A stretch of 64,000 bases of DNA, taken from Paraspadella gotoi. Lineage: Eukaryota > Animalia > Chaetognatha. The first letter of the stretch is position 1, and every line of letters starts with the position of its first letter. The stretch lies in NCBI GenBank assembly GCA_051294375.1, contig CM119270.1:4720152-4784151 (forward strand), in the 5' to 3' direction. Made by a program: the position numbers and the translations under genes. The notes under the pieces were generated by a model that saw only the letters and a program-made list of their open reading frames with translations, had not been told where the DNA came from and did no database searches. Below, one piece after another: positions 39,301-51,624 of the stretch.

Positions 39301-40959
39301 AATACCCAAGAGGAAAAGGGGGGTCATCAGTCTTCTATTATCCAATGTGGTCAAAGACCCGTCACTACCATTTAAGATTGTCTCGACATAAGCTCGAGCC
39401 CTCGGCCTTTTGATCTCACTGACGGGTTCAAACCCGTCCAACAGACAGAGGGACTCCAACACCTTCAATCCTCGGATGCGTCTCCGGATCCTCGAACAGA
39501 AAATCGTACCAAGCGACGAACCACATCGTCCCCAACGCCCCGTTGACGTAAAAGGCCCCCGGCCATCCGCCTAGGAAGGAGGAGTCGCAAAAGAAAGAGG
39601 CGAGGGGAAGGCCCAGTATGGTTCCCAGCTGGGCGCCGCCGAAGGTGACTGTGTTTAAGGGAATTAGGGGAACTTAGTGGAATTAAATGCTATGGAATTG
39701 AATTAAATGCTATGCCGAGTGTGCAGGGGGGAAGGGTCTGTCATTAATCGGGGTTAAGGGAATTGGACCCACCAGAATTAGACATTCAAGCAGATAAGTT
39801 CTGAGAAAGTTTTAATTGTATTTTTAAAAGAGTATTAAGTATTAATTAAGTTTTAATGACAAGTGATAGATCTTAATGATTTCTCACTTGTGGCCAGGAT
39901 CGACCTTTCCAACGGCGGCGACCATTTGGACAGCAAAGCGCAGATCGCCGGTGGAGTCACTCCTTCCGCCAGACCCTCAAAATTGGAATGATGATAAAGA
40001 TTCACGTGGATCGTGTTTCATCTGTCTCTCTCTCTCTCTCTTTCTCTCTCTTTATTTTCATAAACGTTTCCTATTGACTAAAAATTTAATTTTTTTAAAA
40101 GTCATCCGCTTGTAGACCCAATTGAATCCATACCCGTCTGCATTAATCCCTTACCGTCTGCCTTACCAAACCTGAAGCACCCTGCAGGCGACCAAGAGTT
40201 TCCACGATACCCGCGCCGCCGCCGGCGCCGTCAGACTCAACAGCGACGCCGCCAGCGTCCCAAGGCCGAAGACTCGCTTCCCACCGAATCGTGCCGCGAG
40301 GAGGCCACCTGGAGTGATTCATAAATCAATCAATCAATGAATCAATCAATGAATCAATCAATAAATAAATCAATCAATCAATAAATCAATCCATCCACAA
40401 ACCCGGAATTTGCGTGACGACGTAGCCATAAAAAAACCCGCCGAGGATCCAAGATCGAGTCTCTCCATCCCAATCGAATTCTCTTTTCTGATTGGACGGA
40501 GTAGTCGACCAATCGGAAGGATATGGGCAAAAGGAGGAAGAGGAGTTTGCCGGTTGGACGGCGGTTCTGTTCACCATGGCAACGATGGCCACTTGAGATT
40601 GAGTGGGAGAAGGGGGAAGGAACAGAAACTGGTTGTTGTTGTTGTTGTTATTCTTGTTTTAGTTGTAAAAGACTTAACTGAAAAGAGCGACTTGTCCTTC
40701 TTTATTAATTGGATAAGTTTAATGATTTCAGTGGTTTCTCGGTATTGAAATGACATAAACTTATAGCTTTTCGATGTAAAACTAAATTTGAGAGTTATTT
40801 TTCATAAAAACTTATAAAACCTAAAAATGAGTGAACCTGACCTGAAAGGTTGATCTTCTGAAAGTAAAGGGCGACGTAGCCCAGCATTCCCCAAAAGACC
40901 AACGCATATCTGCAGCTGAAGAGTTTGGGAGTTGAAGACAAAGAAACCGCGGCGTCCAT
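36315..40959 (-). CDS. SLC17-family (sialin-like) MFS anion transporter, 10 exons, ~417 aa, one apparent frameshift
   Basis: Exons 40959-40842, 40591-40403, 40308-40172, 39975-39888, 39648-39463, 39232-39150, 38840-38673, 37146-37123, 36996-36823, 36400-36315, all GT-AG. Motifs [73 protein letters not shown]. Confidence 0.92.
37486..37743 (-). mobile_element. Solo-LTR-like element, copy 4, in an SLC17 intron (TSD CAAC)
   Basis: More diverged reverse-complement copy with CAAC on both sides. Confidence 0.78.
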
Positions 40960-41006
<47 letters not shown>

Positions 41007-41261
41007 ACATTTTCAGAGTTTTTAGTCTTATTTTATCAAGAGACGAAAAAAAAGAAACAGACCGGTCTTTTACAATTTAATCAGAAAGGAATTTGATCTT
41101 AAGACTGAAGAGAAATCATTAAATTAAAAAAAGATCTTATCTCATATCGTCGGTAGCAAGAAGTAGAGATAAAATCCAATTAAAGAAATATCAAGGGACA
41201 AGATTAATTAAAATAACTCTCGTCAATTTAGCTGACTCGTTAGGCTCGACTCAAAATGCGT

Positions 41262-41295
41262 GGAGGAGTGGGTTCGAATCCCACCGCTGCCACCA
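41262..41295 (+). pseudogene. tRNA-Leu 3' fragment ending in CCA
   Basis: GGAGGAGTGGGTTCGAATCCCACCGCTGCCA+CCA matches the 3' part of metazoan tRNA-Leu (AAG/TAG type); no matching 5' half. Confidence 0.7.
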
Positions 41296-42039
41296 CATTT
41301 AAGTAAGTCAGAGAATTCAACATGAAACCAAAGTGGATTTTATTCTCAGAAAAGTCACAAGCAAAGACGGTGTCCAGAATTTGAGACAGATGGATTCAAT
41401 ACAAAATGGTCCAGTATTATTTATACAGTACAATCGGATCATCGACACGAGCTCGTTTCCCGAAGGCATGAAGCCTGTCTTCTCATTGGTCCGTTTCAAT
41501 GATGATTCATCCAATCAGAGAGACCTCGGCGGATTTCATCCGAGTGGCGGATCTGATTCTATTCTTGGTTCTAATTCCATCTGCGATGTTCGTATGGAGT
41601 TCAGTAACAGTTTAATGTACAGATTTTGAAAGAAAGAAATTTGTTTTGTCTTCTCTTGGACAATAAGACTTTTTATGCATAAGTACTGACGTAATCTTAC
41701 CTAATCGTTATAATTATATATCTCTCTCAGAAATTGTTTTTTTTTCCTTCATTTTTTGGCGTTTGAGGTTAAAACAGAAAGTTTGTTTTTTTTCAACCAA
41801 TTTAATTTTTAAAAATTGAGTTCGATACAAGCCTCGAAGGTTATCCAAGCCAAGATGTCCAAAATAAAATTCGTTGTTTGTAAACATTCGAAAATAACCT
41901 TTTCCTTCTCATCTTTCTTCTAAAAACCGCCGCTATTTTTTTGGTTTACAGATGCGAAACTAAAAAAGGACACGTCGTTTTCGTCGTCATCGTCGTCGTC
42001 CTCGTCGTCATTGTCGTCGTCGTCGTCGCATCGACGGAA

Positions 42040-44325
42040 ATGTTGCCTGGATACATGAAGCCGACGAGATCGTCGGAGATCAGAATGGCGGAAGCTGAAA
42101 ACGGGACGAAGAGAGGAGAAAAAGAGTAAAGACAGAGAGAGACAGAGAGTGAGAGAGAGATGGGCAGTCAAGAAAAATTGCCATCGATTGATATTATAGC
42201 CATTTGAACCGTGTAGTTATTAGCTTGTAGATTCTAGCAAAGTGTTCCTATTTACTTTGATGTCCTCGTCAATTCCTAGAAAGCTTGGCGAGCTTGCCTC
42301 GACTTCGAGCGAAGAAGATGTTCTTCTCTATAAAGGAGTCGAAGCTGAAGATAAGAGGGAGAAAAGAAAGGGAAAGGTAGTTAATGTTTTATGATGGATA
42401 TTGATCCTGATGTCTATCTCATGTCAACAACTTATCAAAAGCGTTCGACTCCGCTTTAAGTTTAACTTACCTTCCAAAATCTAGAAGTGACCCTAAGTGA
42501 CCCTGTTTGAGTCACTACTTTCTAGTGTAATCACTCAGGGGCGTTGAAAGATTTTTTTTTTCAACGGCCCTTCTAAAATTCAAAGCCAAAATAAGACTTT
42601 GCCGTGTAGAAGCGGAATGGAGTTGGAATAATATTCACATATGATTCTTCAAGGATAAAATAAATGATATCAATAAATAAAATTGCTTTCATTTTAAGCT
42701 TTTTGTGAAGGCCAGGCCCTCATACTGTTTTTTAACTTAAAATAAGTATGCTTAGTTTAAAGCTGACTTGAATTTTTTATTTATTGCCCCTCTTTATACA
42801 TTACTAAGGGCATGACTTTGGCTCACCTAAGTACCCGTCCCCCTCAGGTTTAGCCTCTGTCATTTTCACTTTTCACATTCACTCTTCAAACATCACGTTC
42901 AACGCTTTCTCATCTTTAACTCTCTTGGTCTCCCTCCTCCNNNNNNNNNNCCTCCTCCTCTTCTCCCTTCTTCACAGAATTTCCTCGAGACTTTCCTCGA
43001 TGATTCTGGACTGGATCGCGACGTCGCCATCTTTTCCTTCCTCCTATTCATCAGCATCGTCCTCGCCATCGTCTTAGCCTTCGTCGCAGGTTTGTCATCC
43101 TTGTCTTTGTCATCGTGGTCGTCGTCGTCGTCTTTGACGTCATTGTCATCTTTTGTTTCGATCCTCGTCGCGGGATCGTTGTCGTTGGCGTCGTCATCAT
43201 ATTTGTTGTCTTTGTCATTTCCATTGTGGCGGCTTTGGTCATCGTCATTTTGTCGCAGGTTCATTGTCATTCTTGTCAGTATCATTGTCGTCATTTCTGA
43301 CATAGTTGCGGGTTTGTCGTTGTCGTCGGCGTTATTTTCAGTGGCGTCGTTGAATGCTCGTCGTCGTTATGGTAATCGTTCTCATGATTGTCGTCGTCAT
43401 AGACGTCCTTCCCCCCCCCATAGACCCGACCACTCCATCACTCAGTCCCTCATTGCTCTCTCTTCTCCATCAAAAGGCCAACAACGCAGCATCGGCAAAG
43501 AGCACAAAGACTTCGACCTTCTCCAGCTTCGTCGTCTCAACTTCTTCGTGGAATCTCTCGATCTTCTCGCCACCAAGCTGCTGGAGAACGAGACGCTTCG
43601 AGTCATGATGGAGTTTAACGACATCGTCTCCTCCATCAGAACGGGGGAGAGGGAGAGGAAGGAGGAAGCGAAGGAGAGGGAGGAGGAGAGGGAAGAGAGG
43701 GAGAGTGAAGAGCGAGAGAAGGAACGATGAAGGAGGGAGAGAAGGGAAAAAGGAGGGAAAGACGAGGAGGAGGAGGAGAAGAGGAGATAGGGTGGAAGGA
43801 GAAGAGGAGGAGGGAGATAGGGAGGGAGGAGAAGAGGAGTGAGGAGGAGGAGGAAGATAGAGATAGAGAAGAAGGAGATAGAGAGAAGGAGAAGAGGAAG
43901 AGGGAGATAGGAATAAGGAGAGAGGAAGAGGGAGATAGGGAAGAAGGAAAATAGGAAGAGGAGGGATGGAAGTAAAAATCCAACAAAGATATCGTATTTG
44001 TTTTTGTTTGTTTATTTTGTTTTTTGTTTTTGTATTTTTGTTGGTTAAACTTAACGTTAAGTTCATTCGTTTGTCTGTTTTGGAATGAATTTGAAATATA
44101 ATTTTTATAATTTATAATAATTTGCACTAAACTAAACTTGTCCTTTTTTGTAAGTCAAGAAAAATGAACATTGAGAGTGAGAGAACCTTCGAAGGCATTA
44201 ATTAAGATGGCCGACGGTAGTGGGTGGCCCTACCCCAGCGGGAGCGGTTCGCCTGGCTGCTCTTTAATTCGTTCTACTCGTCGAGGAAGCAAAAGTCAAG
44301 CCTCTCTCTCTCTCCTCTCTCCTCA

Positions 44326-44372
<47 letters not shown>

Positions 44373-44699
44373 GTTCCATACTCATCTCTCTCTATTTGAA
44401 CTCGCGCGAAAGTAGTTCGAAATTCCCAGATCCGTAAACTAGCCCAGAACATTCGCGTTTAAAACGAGTCGAAACAAAAAACAGGTTCCTAAATTCCCGA
44501 AACATCGCTTCTGTCATTTTCTTTCGAATGACGAACACTTACCGGCGTCTCTTTCTTCGTCTCCTCTCCATCTCTCTCTCTCTTCTGCTCTCTTCTCTTC
44601 TCTCTCTTTCTCTTTCTTCCTCTCTCTCTCTCTCTCTCTCTTCTCTCATCTCCTCTGCATCTCTCTCCTTCCAGGAACGTTCCAAGGGAAGAAGCCAAG
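42040..44699 (+). CDS. Uncharacterised single-pass (type II-like) membrane protein; 3' end unresolved
   Basis: Phase-compatible exons 42040-42125, 42280-42376, 42978-43089, 43477-~43644 and possibly 44675-44699: MLPGYMKPTRSS...KRKGK NFLETFLDDSGLDRDVAIFSFLLFISIVLAIVLAFVAG QQRSIGKEHKDFDLLQLRRLNFFVESLDLL. The exon 4 donor reads GGGAG rather than GTGAG. Confidence 0.6.
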
Positions 44700-44794
44700 G
44701 TAAGTCCATAGGAAGGGAAGAGGACGAAACGAGGTCAGGAAAGAGAGTTTCTCTCTCTCTCTCCTTTCTCTCCTCCTTCTCTCTCTCCTCTCTA

Positions 44795-44838
<44 letters not shown>

Positions 44839-46274
44839 TCCCCTAATTCTCACATCTCACTACTCCCAATCTGGTTTCCAACTTGTCAAGACCTGCATTT
44901 CCCTGTCTGAGAACCTGTCGAGTTCTCACATCTCTCTCTCATTCATCCTCTGCGGTACTCTCTCTCTCTTACATCTCCTCTCTCTCTCTCTCTTCTCTAC
45001 TTCCTCTCCCTCTCCCTCTCTCATCAGCTCGTCTCTCTCTCTCACCTCTCTCTCTCTCTCTCTCCCATTTCCACATCTGCATTGATTTTAATTCAGTTAA
45101 TTCAAAGCTGAGCATGGTATCACAGCATGCCTCACATTCATTTAGCCGGAACCCATCCCCTTAGTATCACCTGCAAATAATGACAGTGATTCCAGTGTGT
45201 TGCGCCACGTTGATATTATTTTACTTTAATCATATTGACCACAAGACGAAGTGAGGTTGTCCCAACGCACATGTTGTCAGATTAAATCACAAGTTTTCAC
45301 GAAACACATCGAACAAAAAACTTCGAGTGATAATTCTTCCAAGTATTAGTTAAATTGTCGAAAAGAGACAGACGCAGACAGACCGACCTAAAAAGTGACT
45401 TAAAGATTTCCTCCGCTTCCAATCGCGGCGCAACTAAAAACCTTTTCTTTCGTCTGACGAATGGGTGGTCCCCAGTCCCCACTGATCCCTTTGGTCCCGG
45501 ACGCTTTTTCTTCGCATCAACAATTTATTGTTTTTTCTTACAAAAAGAGAAAATCATGAGAGATTCCGGTTTCGATCCGGAATCACCTCCTCACTGTGTG
45601 ATTCAACTCCTAACTGTGTGATTTCTATAAATTTCACAGTATCAAAGTTTTATGATAATAACAACTTAATTTCAGATGCCATCCTTCGACTTAGTCAAGA
45701 TTGGCGAGACCAGAAAACAAATTTAAAATTATATTTCAAATATTAAGATCATCGTTGAGTACAATCGCTTTTTTGTTAAATATATTTGAAGTATTTATTC
45801 ATTAGACGATCGATAATCACCACTTGACTCTTCGCACTGATCCCATGGCCGATGACTACACACTCAAACACGACATAGAAACGACGACGACGACGACGGT
45901 GACGACGACGACGACGACACCCTCCACTCCACGAAGATTCTCGGAAGAGCCCCGTCCACTGGTCGATGAATCGCGAACGAACCTTCTTCCCCAAAATTCA
46001 AGTTTTTCTTGTTTTTCCGACTCAGTTGCATTCGTCGTCTTTGTCGTCGTCGTCGTCATCGTCGTCTTTGTCGTCGTCGTCATCGTCGTCTTTGTCGTCG
46101 TCACCGACCTCACCTTGTTATTCTATCTACTTTTTAAAGTTATTATTTTTCTCGACTTAATCTTTTACAAAAAAAAAAAAAAATCTGTGCGTTTTACAAT
46201 GTTTTTTGATCGTATTACTCAAATGGCTTTCCTTCAGAATGAAACGTCTCGAGAATTATCTGTGCGTTGCTTTG

Positions 46275-46313
<39 letters not shown>

Positions 46314-46504
46314 CCCATCGCGGTGGGAACATCCGAAATGAATAAATAAATAAATTAGACAAAAACCTAACGTCATCGTTGTTGTCGTTGTTGTACTTGT
46401 TTTTGTCTTTCCTTTGCAACATGATTAAAAAAACTCTCAAAAAGAAAAATGTTAAATTTAAGTTTTTGTTTCTCTCCCTGCGTGTCCGCCTTTCTGCTGT
46501 CTGT

Positions 46505-47775
46505 CTCTTTCTTTCTTTCTTTCTTTCTTTCTTTTTTCTCATCTCTTTGCTTATCTTATATTTTATTCTTCTTCTTTACTTTTTCCTTTCTTTCTTTCTC
46601 TCTTTTTTTCTCTTCCTCTCTCGCTCTCTTTTCTTTTGTTCTTTCTTTCTTTCTTTCTTTTTTTCTTTCTTTCTTTCTTTCTTTCTTCTTTCTTTTTCTC
46701 TCTGCTTCTTTTCGTTTCTTTCTTTCTTTTCTTTCTTTCTTTCTTCTTCTTTCTCTCTCTTTCTATTTTTTTCTTCTCTTCTCTCTTCTTCTCTCTCTTC
46801 TCATTTCATGAAATATACGATCTTTTCACAAGATTTTTCCTGTCGAAATTTTTTTTTTCTTCTTTTTCTTTTACTTTTTCCGTTTTCACAACATTTCCGT
46901 TCCCCCGCCCTCTTGGTTCTTTTTCTGCTGCTTTTGTTTTTCTTGTTTCTTTTTTCTCAAAAAAGAAAAAAAAATCTTGTTTTTTTTTAATTCAGTTTTT
47001 TTTTTAACACTCGACACTTGAGCTCACCCTCTTCTTCTTCCTCACCTCTTCTTCTTCTCACCTCTTCTTCTTCCTCACCTCTTCTTCTTCCCTCACTCTT
47101 CTTCTTCTTCCTCACCTTTCTTCTTCTTTCCTCACCTCTTCTTCTTCCCTCACCTCTTCTTCTTCCTCACCTCTTCTTCTCTTCCTCACCTCTTCTTCTT
47201 CCTCACCTCTTCTTCTCTTCCTCCACCTTTCTTTCTTCCTCACCTCTCTTCTTCTTCCTCACCTCCTTCTTCCTCCACCTCTTCTTTCTTCCTCAACCTT
47301 CTTCTTCTTCCTCACCTCTCTCTCTACCTCTTCTTCTTCTTCCTCACCTTCTTCTTCTTCTCCTCACCTCTTCTTCTTCTTCCTCAACCTTCTTCTTCTT
47401 CCTCACCCTCTTTCTTCTTCTTCCTCACCTTTCTTCTTCTTCCTCACTCTCTTCTTCTTCCTCACCTTTCTTCTTCTTCCTCACCTCTTCTTTCTTCTTC
47501 CTCACCCTTCTTCTTCTTCCTCACCTCTTCTTCTTCTTCCTCACCTCTTCTTCTCCTCACCCTTCTCTTCCTCACCTCTTCTTCTTCCTCACCTCTTCTT
47601 CTTCCTCACCTCTTCTTCTTCCTCACCTCTTCTTCTTCCTCACCTCTTCTCTTCTTCCTCACTCTCTTTTCCTCACCTCCTTCTCTTCCTTAACCTCTTC
47701 TTTCCTCACCACTTCTTCTTCCCTCACCTCTTCTTCTTCCTCACCTCTTCTTCTTCCTCACCTTCTCTCTTCTTC
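46505..47775. repeat. Pyrimidine-strand repeats: (CTTT)n then a CCTCAC(CTT)n minisatellite
   Basis: (CTTT)n at 46505-46800; ~17-20-bp CCTCACCTCTTCTTCTTCTT units at 47020-47775. Confidence 0.92.
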
Positions 47776-47818
47776 CCAGGGACGAGTTTTCAATAACTCA
47801 CCCTCACTCCCAGTTTCT

Positions 47819-47849
<31 letters not shown>

Positions 47850-48788
47850 ACGACATTCCTCACCTCCGCCAGACTTACCTTCGAATCCTTTGAAGAGAGA
47901 GACGCACGTAACAGATCAGCACAACGAGTCGAGAGCGAAATTCTCGAGGGGTCCAAATGGCGACGTTTATACGAAAACTAAATATTTATTAAATATTTTT
48001 TTTAACAAATACGTAAAATAAGTAAAATTGTTTACAATGTCAATGGAATAAACAGATAATAATGATAATAATAAAAAAGCTACGATGACGACGACGACGA
48101 AAACGACGACGACGCGTAAAACAGCGACAACAACAACAACAAAGAATACTACTACGTAAACATTGTTTACTAAACAACCAAATAAATAGATGAACGAATT
48201 CGCCTTCGTTCGATTTTTTTTTCCTTCGCTTTTAATTCATAAGAAAATTTAAAAAAAAATCGGATTCACAACCTCCTCAATCCTTTCATCCGCTGAAGAA
48301 CTTTCCTTTCTTTTCCTTTCTTTTCCTTTCTTTTCCTTTCTTTTCCTTTCTTTTATTTTCTTTTCCTTTCTTTTCCTTTCTTTTCCTTTCTATTCCTTTT
48401 TATCTCCGCCTACTCTTGGGTTTAGGTTGAAGCGACATTATTTTTTTAAGTATTTTCTCTTGACTTTTTTGATAATAATTATTTCCTTTCTTAGCTTATA
48501 TGGAAGAAAGTAATATAGATCAAAATATGACTTAAGCTTTTTACTTTGCCAGAAAACTTCCCTTCTTTTCTAAATACGCTAATTTCCGAAATCAAATTGC
48601 AAAAATAATACAAAACTTATAACAAAGGAAATCAAGCAGAATTTAAAGGCGAAATTCTTCCAATCACGACAATTTTCGCGAAAATCAATATTAATCGCTT
48701 GACTAATGATCATAGTAAAACTTGAATATTCGTCATTTCCTGATTGAAGTTTTAAATAAAACATTTTTTTTCAGCTACGAGCCGAACG

Positions 48789-49175
48789 ATGACGAACGAA
48801 AAAAGATCCTCTATGATAGATCAGATACCCGACCTTAAAATGGCCGATATACAATTTAACTTACCAAATTTTTCTCGCAAAAAGTCACAGGATTTAGATA
48901 TCCCCATGAAAACTCTCCTCGCTCGCTATGATAGCGTGAAAGCTAACGTGACGATCGAAAACGACGAATTAAAATCAGAATCAGATAAGAATGATGGCGT
49001 TGGATCGAAAACGCCATCTGTGGGCGAACCAAACAATTACCAAACTGAACTCCCTCGGTCTGATTTTGAGACGAGATTGAGTGAAGTCGAAAAGTTAGAT
49101 ATTCCCGACCTAAATTCGTCATTGCCTTCGAGACAAGACGAAGTTAATAAAGCAAACATCGAATTATCTAAATGA
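48789..49175 (+). CDS. 128-aa ORF related to the start of the downstream repeat tail
   Basis: IPDLKMADIQFNLPNFSRKK resembles VPDLQMPSMKIKFPRFSKGK and TELPRSD resembles AELPKSD; preceded by acceptor TTTTTTTTCAG at ~48774. Confidence 0.55.
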   Translation: MTNEKRSSMIDQIPDLKMADIQFNLPNFSRKKSQDLDIPMKTLLARYDSVKANVTIENDELKSESDKNDGVGSKTPSVGEPNNYQTELPRSDFETRLSEVEKLDIPDLNSSLPSRQDEVNKANIELSK

Positions 49176-49710
49176 TGGATTTTGCCAAACTTTCCCAAAA
49201 CCCGCAAAAGCTCTTGCCGACAAATCTTTTTTTAAGCCCGAAGATCATTTTTAAAGAAAAATAACGAATTGTGATTCTACCAAACTGTCTTACAACTAAT
49301 TTTATGATTTATTCGATTTTAATTATACTTATTTAGAATACTAATTTTACTCACTCTGGTCAACTCTTCAAATCAATTCTTGTAGCTATTCGTTTAGTTA
49401 TGGGCTTTTTATGTTTATCTAAAATAAAATTAGTGAAGTATTATTATTAGTATTAGTTTTCTCACTGTTGATTTTATTTTTTTTCAGGACGTTTCACTGA
49501 ACGACGAAAATCCTTGAGAACATCTACGCGAAACTAAAAAAAGACTTTTTATTTAAAATAATATAAAACCAAAGAAATCAATCCCCCAAAAAAATGCCAA
49601 AAAAAAAATTGAAATGTAAAAATGCCAAAAATTAGAAACCAATGGAATTAAAGTAAATAATACTTTAAATAAAAAAAAACGTAACAATACGATCAAGAAA
49701 TCTTTTCTCC

Positions 49711-50292
49711 ATGACAACCATGTCGTCGGCGTGTCCGTGCAACAAGGACGACTGTTTAGTTTGCGACTGCAACGTTCTTTATCTAGGACGTACCAACTCG
49801 ACCCCCTTCAAACGAGACATCGAGGGGATCGCCGGCCCGCTCAAAATCATCACTCGCGCTCGACGCCATCTGGATGGATCTCCGGCCAAACTCAAAATCT
49901 CCTCCGCAACGATCGACGTGATAAATACTCGACAGAAAAAAGCCCGGGTGCCCATCGATAAACTCTTCTACTGCGCGGCGGTGCGTCGGTGCTCGACCAA
50001 TCGGGCTGGAGCCAAACTAAGGGAACCGAGTTTCGTGCGTCTCGACTCGGAGGACGGCTACGATCCGGGAAATGAGAAGGATCCCATTCTTTTCGTCATC
50101 GTCGTCAAATCTCCGACGAAGGATGAAGACGACGTCGAGATTCACGCCTTCGCCTGTCGACAGCGATCGTCTGCATTCTCGCTCGTGCAGGCTTGCCAGC
50201 ACGCCTACCAATTGAAAACTTATCCGAGACAGAGCACGGATAAAAATCAACTTCCCAATGGCGGGAAAAATATAAATATAAACCTTGAATGA
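49711..50292 (+). CDS. PTB/PID-like domain protein, paralog 1
   Basis: Intact 193-aa ORF with VLYLG, FYCAAV and HAFAC plus a terminal helix (LVQACQHAY), the layout of PTB folds. Confidence 0.82.
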   Translation: MTTMSSACPCNKDDCLVCDCNVLYLGRTNSTPFKRDIEGIAGPLKIITRARRHLDGSPAKLKISSATIDVINTRQKKARVPIDKLFYCAAVRRCSTNRAGAKLREPSFVRLDSEDGYDPGNEKDPILFVIVVKSPTKDEDDVEIHAFACRQRSSAFSLVQACQHAYQLKTYPRQSTDKNQLPNGGKNININLE

Positions 50293-50604
50293 GTTGTTCA
50301 TCGATAACGTTTAAATATTTATTCGGATCTTCGGATCTTTTTTTTTTTATATTTAAGTAGTAGCATAAAAAGTATCCTATTGTCAAATATTTAAAGTCGT
50401 GTTTTTTAAATGAGAAACAAGTCGGAAAATTTTATTTTTAAATATTTTTTAGCTTTTTTGTAGTTTTTTGTATTTATTTTGACAAAAAGAAACGGCGAAT
50501 AAGGTATTCCTAATAACTACTCTTTGTAACGAAGAAAAAGGGAAAAAAATCCGTTAAGAAATAGCAAGATTAAACAAGGAATAAATATATATATTACCTC
50601 CACC

Positions 50605-51159
50605 ATGTCCGCGATATGCCATTGTGACTATGAAGACTATATCGTCTGTGACTGCAACGTTTTATATCTCGGATCTTCAAATGTAAATTCTATGAAACAA
50701 AGCATTGATGGAATTCAAAATCCGCTCAAAGAAATCATTGGAGCTCGGAGCAACCCTGATGGATCTCCAGTAAAACTTTCTGTTTCCTCGGGCTTTATTA
50801 ATGTGGCCAATGCGCAGGACAAAAAAGCCCATGTGCCAATCAACAAACTAATTTACTGTGCAGCTGTTCAACGGTATTTTTTAGATAGGTCCACCTCTGA
50901 TGAGCCAATTTTCCTCAGGCTTAATCATGATGACCCCAATGTTGGGAATAAAAGAGAACCTGTTCTTTTTGCCGTGGCATTTGAGTCTCTGAAAAATAAG
51001 GAGAGAAAAGTTGCTGTTTATGCTTTTGCTTGTCGACAGCCCTCATCAGCACTTTCTTTAGTACAAGCATGTCAGCATGCATATCAAAAATCCCCAAAAT
51101 TTAATTTAAATGGTGAAGTAAGTGCACACTTGGCTAAAAATGCTGACCTACCTATATGA
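50605..51159 (+). CDS. PTB/PID-like domain protein, paralog 2
   Basis: Intact 184-aa ORF with CCACCATG start; closely similar to paralog 3. Confidence 0.82.
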   Translation: MSAICHCDYEDYIVCDCNVLYLGSSNVNSMKQSIDGIQNPLKEIIGARSNPDGSPVKLSVSSGFINVANAQDKKAHVPINKLIYCAAVQRYFLDRSTSDEPIFLRLNHDDPNVGNKREPVLFAVAFESLKNKERKVAVYAFACRQPSSALSLVQACQHAYQKSPKFNLNGEVSAHLAKNADLPI

Positions 51160-51624
51160 AATTGGTACAACCAATATATATGTAATTCCCAATGGCAGTG
51201 AATACAATCATAAATCTTCAAATTATTATTTATCAATAACTTGTTCAAATTTTGTCATTTGCCTTTTTTAATTATTATTATGAACTATCAATTTGGGGTA
51301 CAAGTCAAGTAGTTTTTGTTAATGATAATAATAATAATGATAATTATAAGTAAATACTATGATTACTCTGACCCCATTTTGATGTCTCTTAATAGAGAAA
51401 TGTATTTTTCTTTTTTCTTCAGGGTTTTCTATTATCAAGGAGAAATCCATTTGAAAAATTGGCTATATAAAAAATGAACATACAAAAAATAAACTGAACA
51501 AAAACTTTTAAAACAAAACTGCTGTTTGAAAAAAAAACTTGATCAAAAACTGCTTAATGAAATAATAAACATGCTATATAACTGATAGAAAGTTCCCCAA
51601 AAAAGACACAATAAAAAAAATAAA

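Noticed and set aside
41333-41629. 98-aa ORF between the divergent genes
   Set aside because: GTG start, no recognisable motif and no splice support.
42537-42859. hAT-like MITE (CAGGGGC...GCCTCTG)
   Set aside because: TIR match is short and there is no 8-bp TSD.
46379-47893. F/L/S-rich ORFs resembling membrane proteins
   Set aside because: Pyrimidine repeats that lack stop codons by composition.
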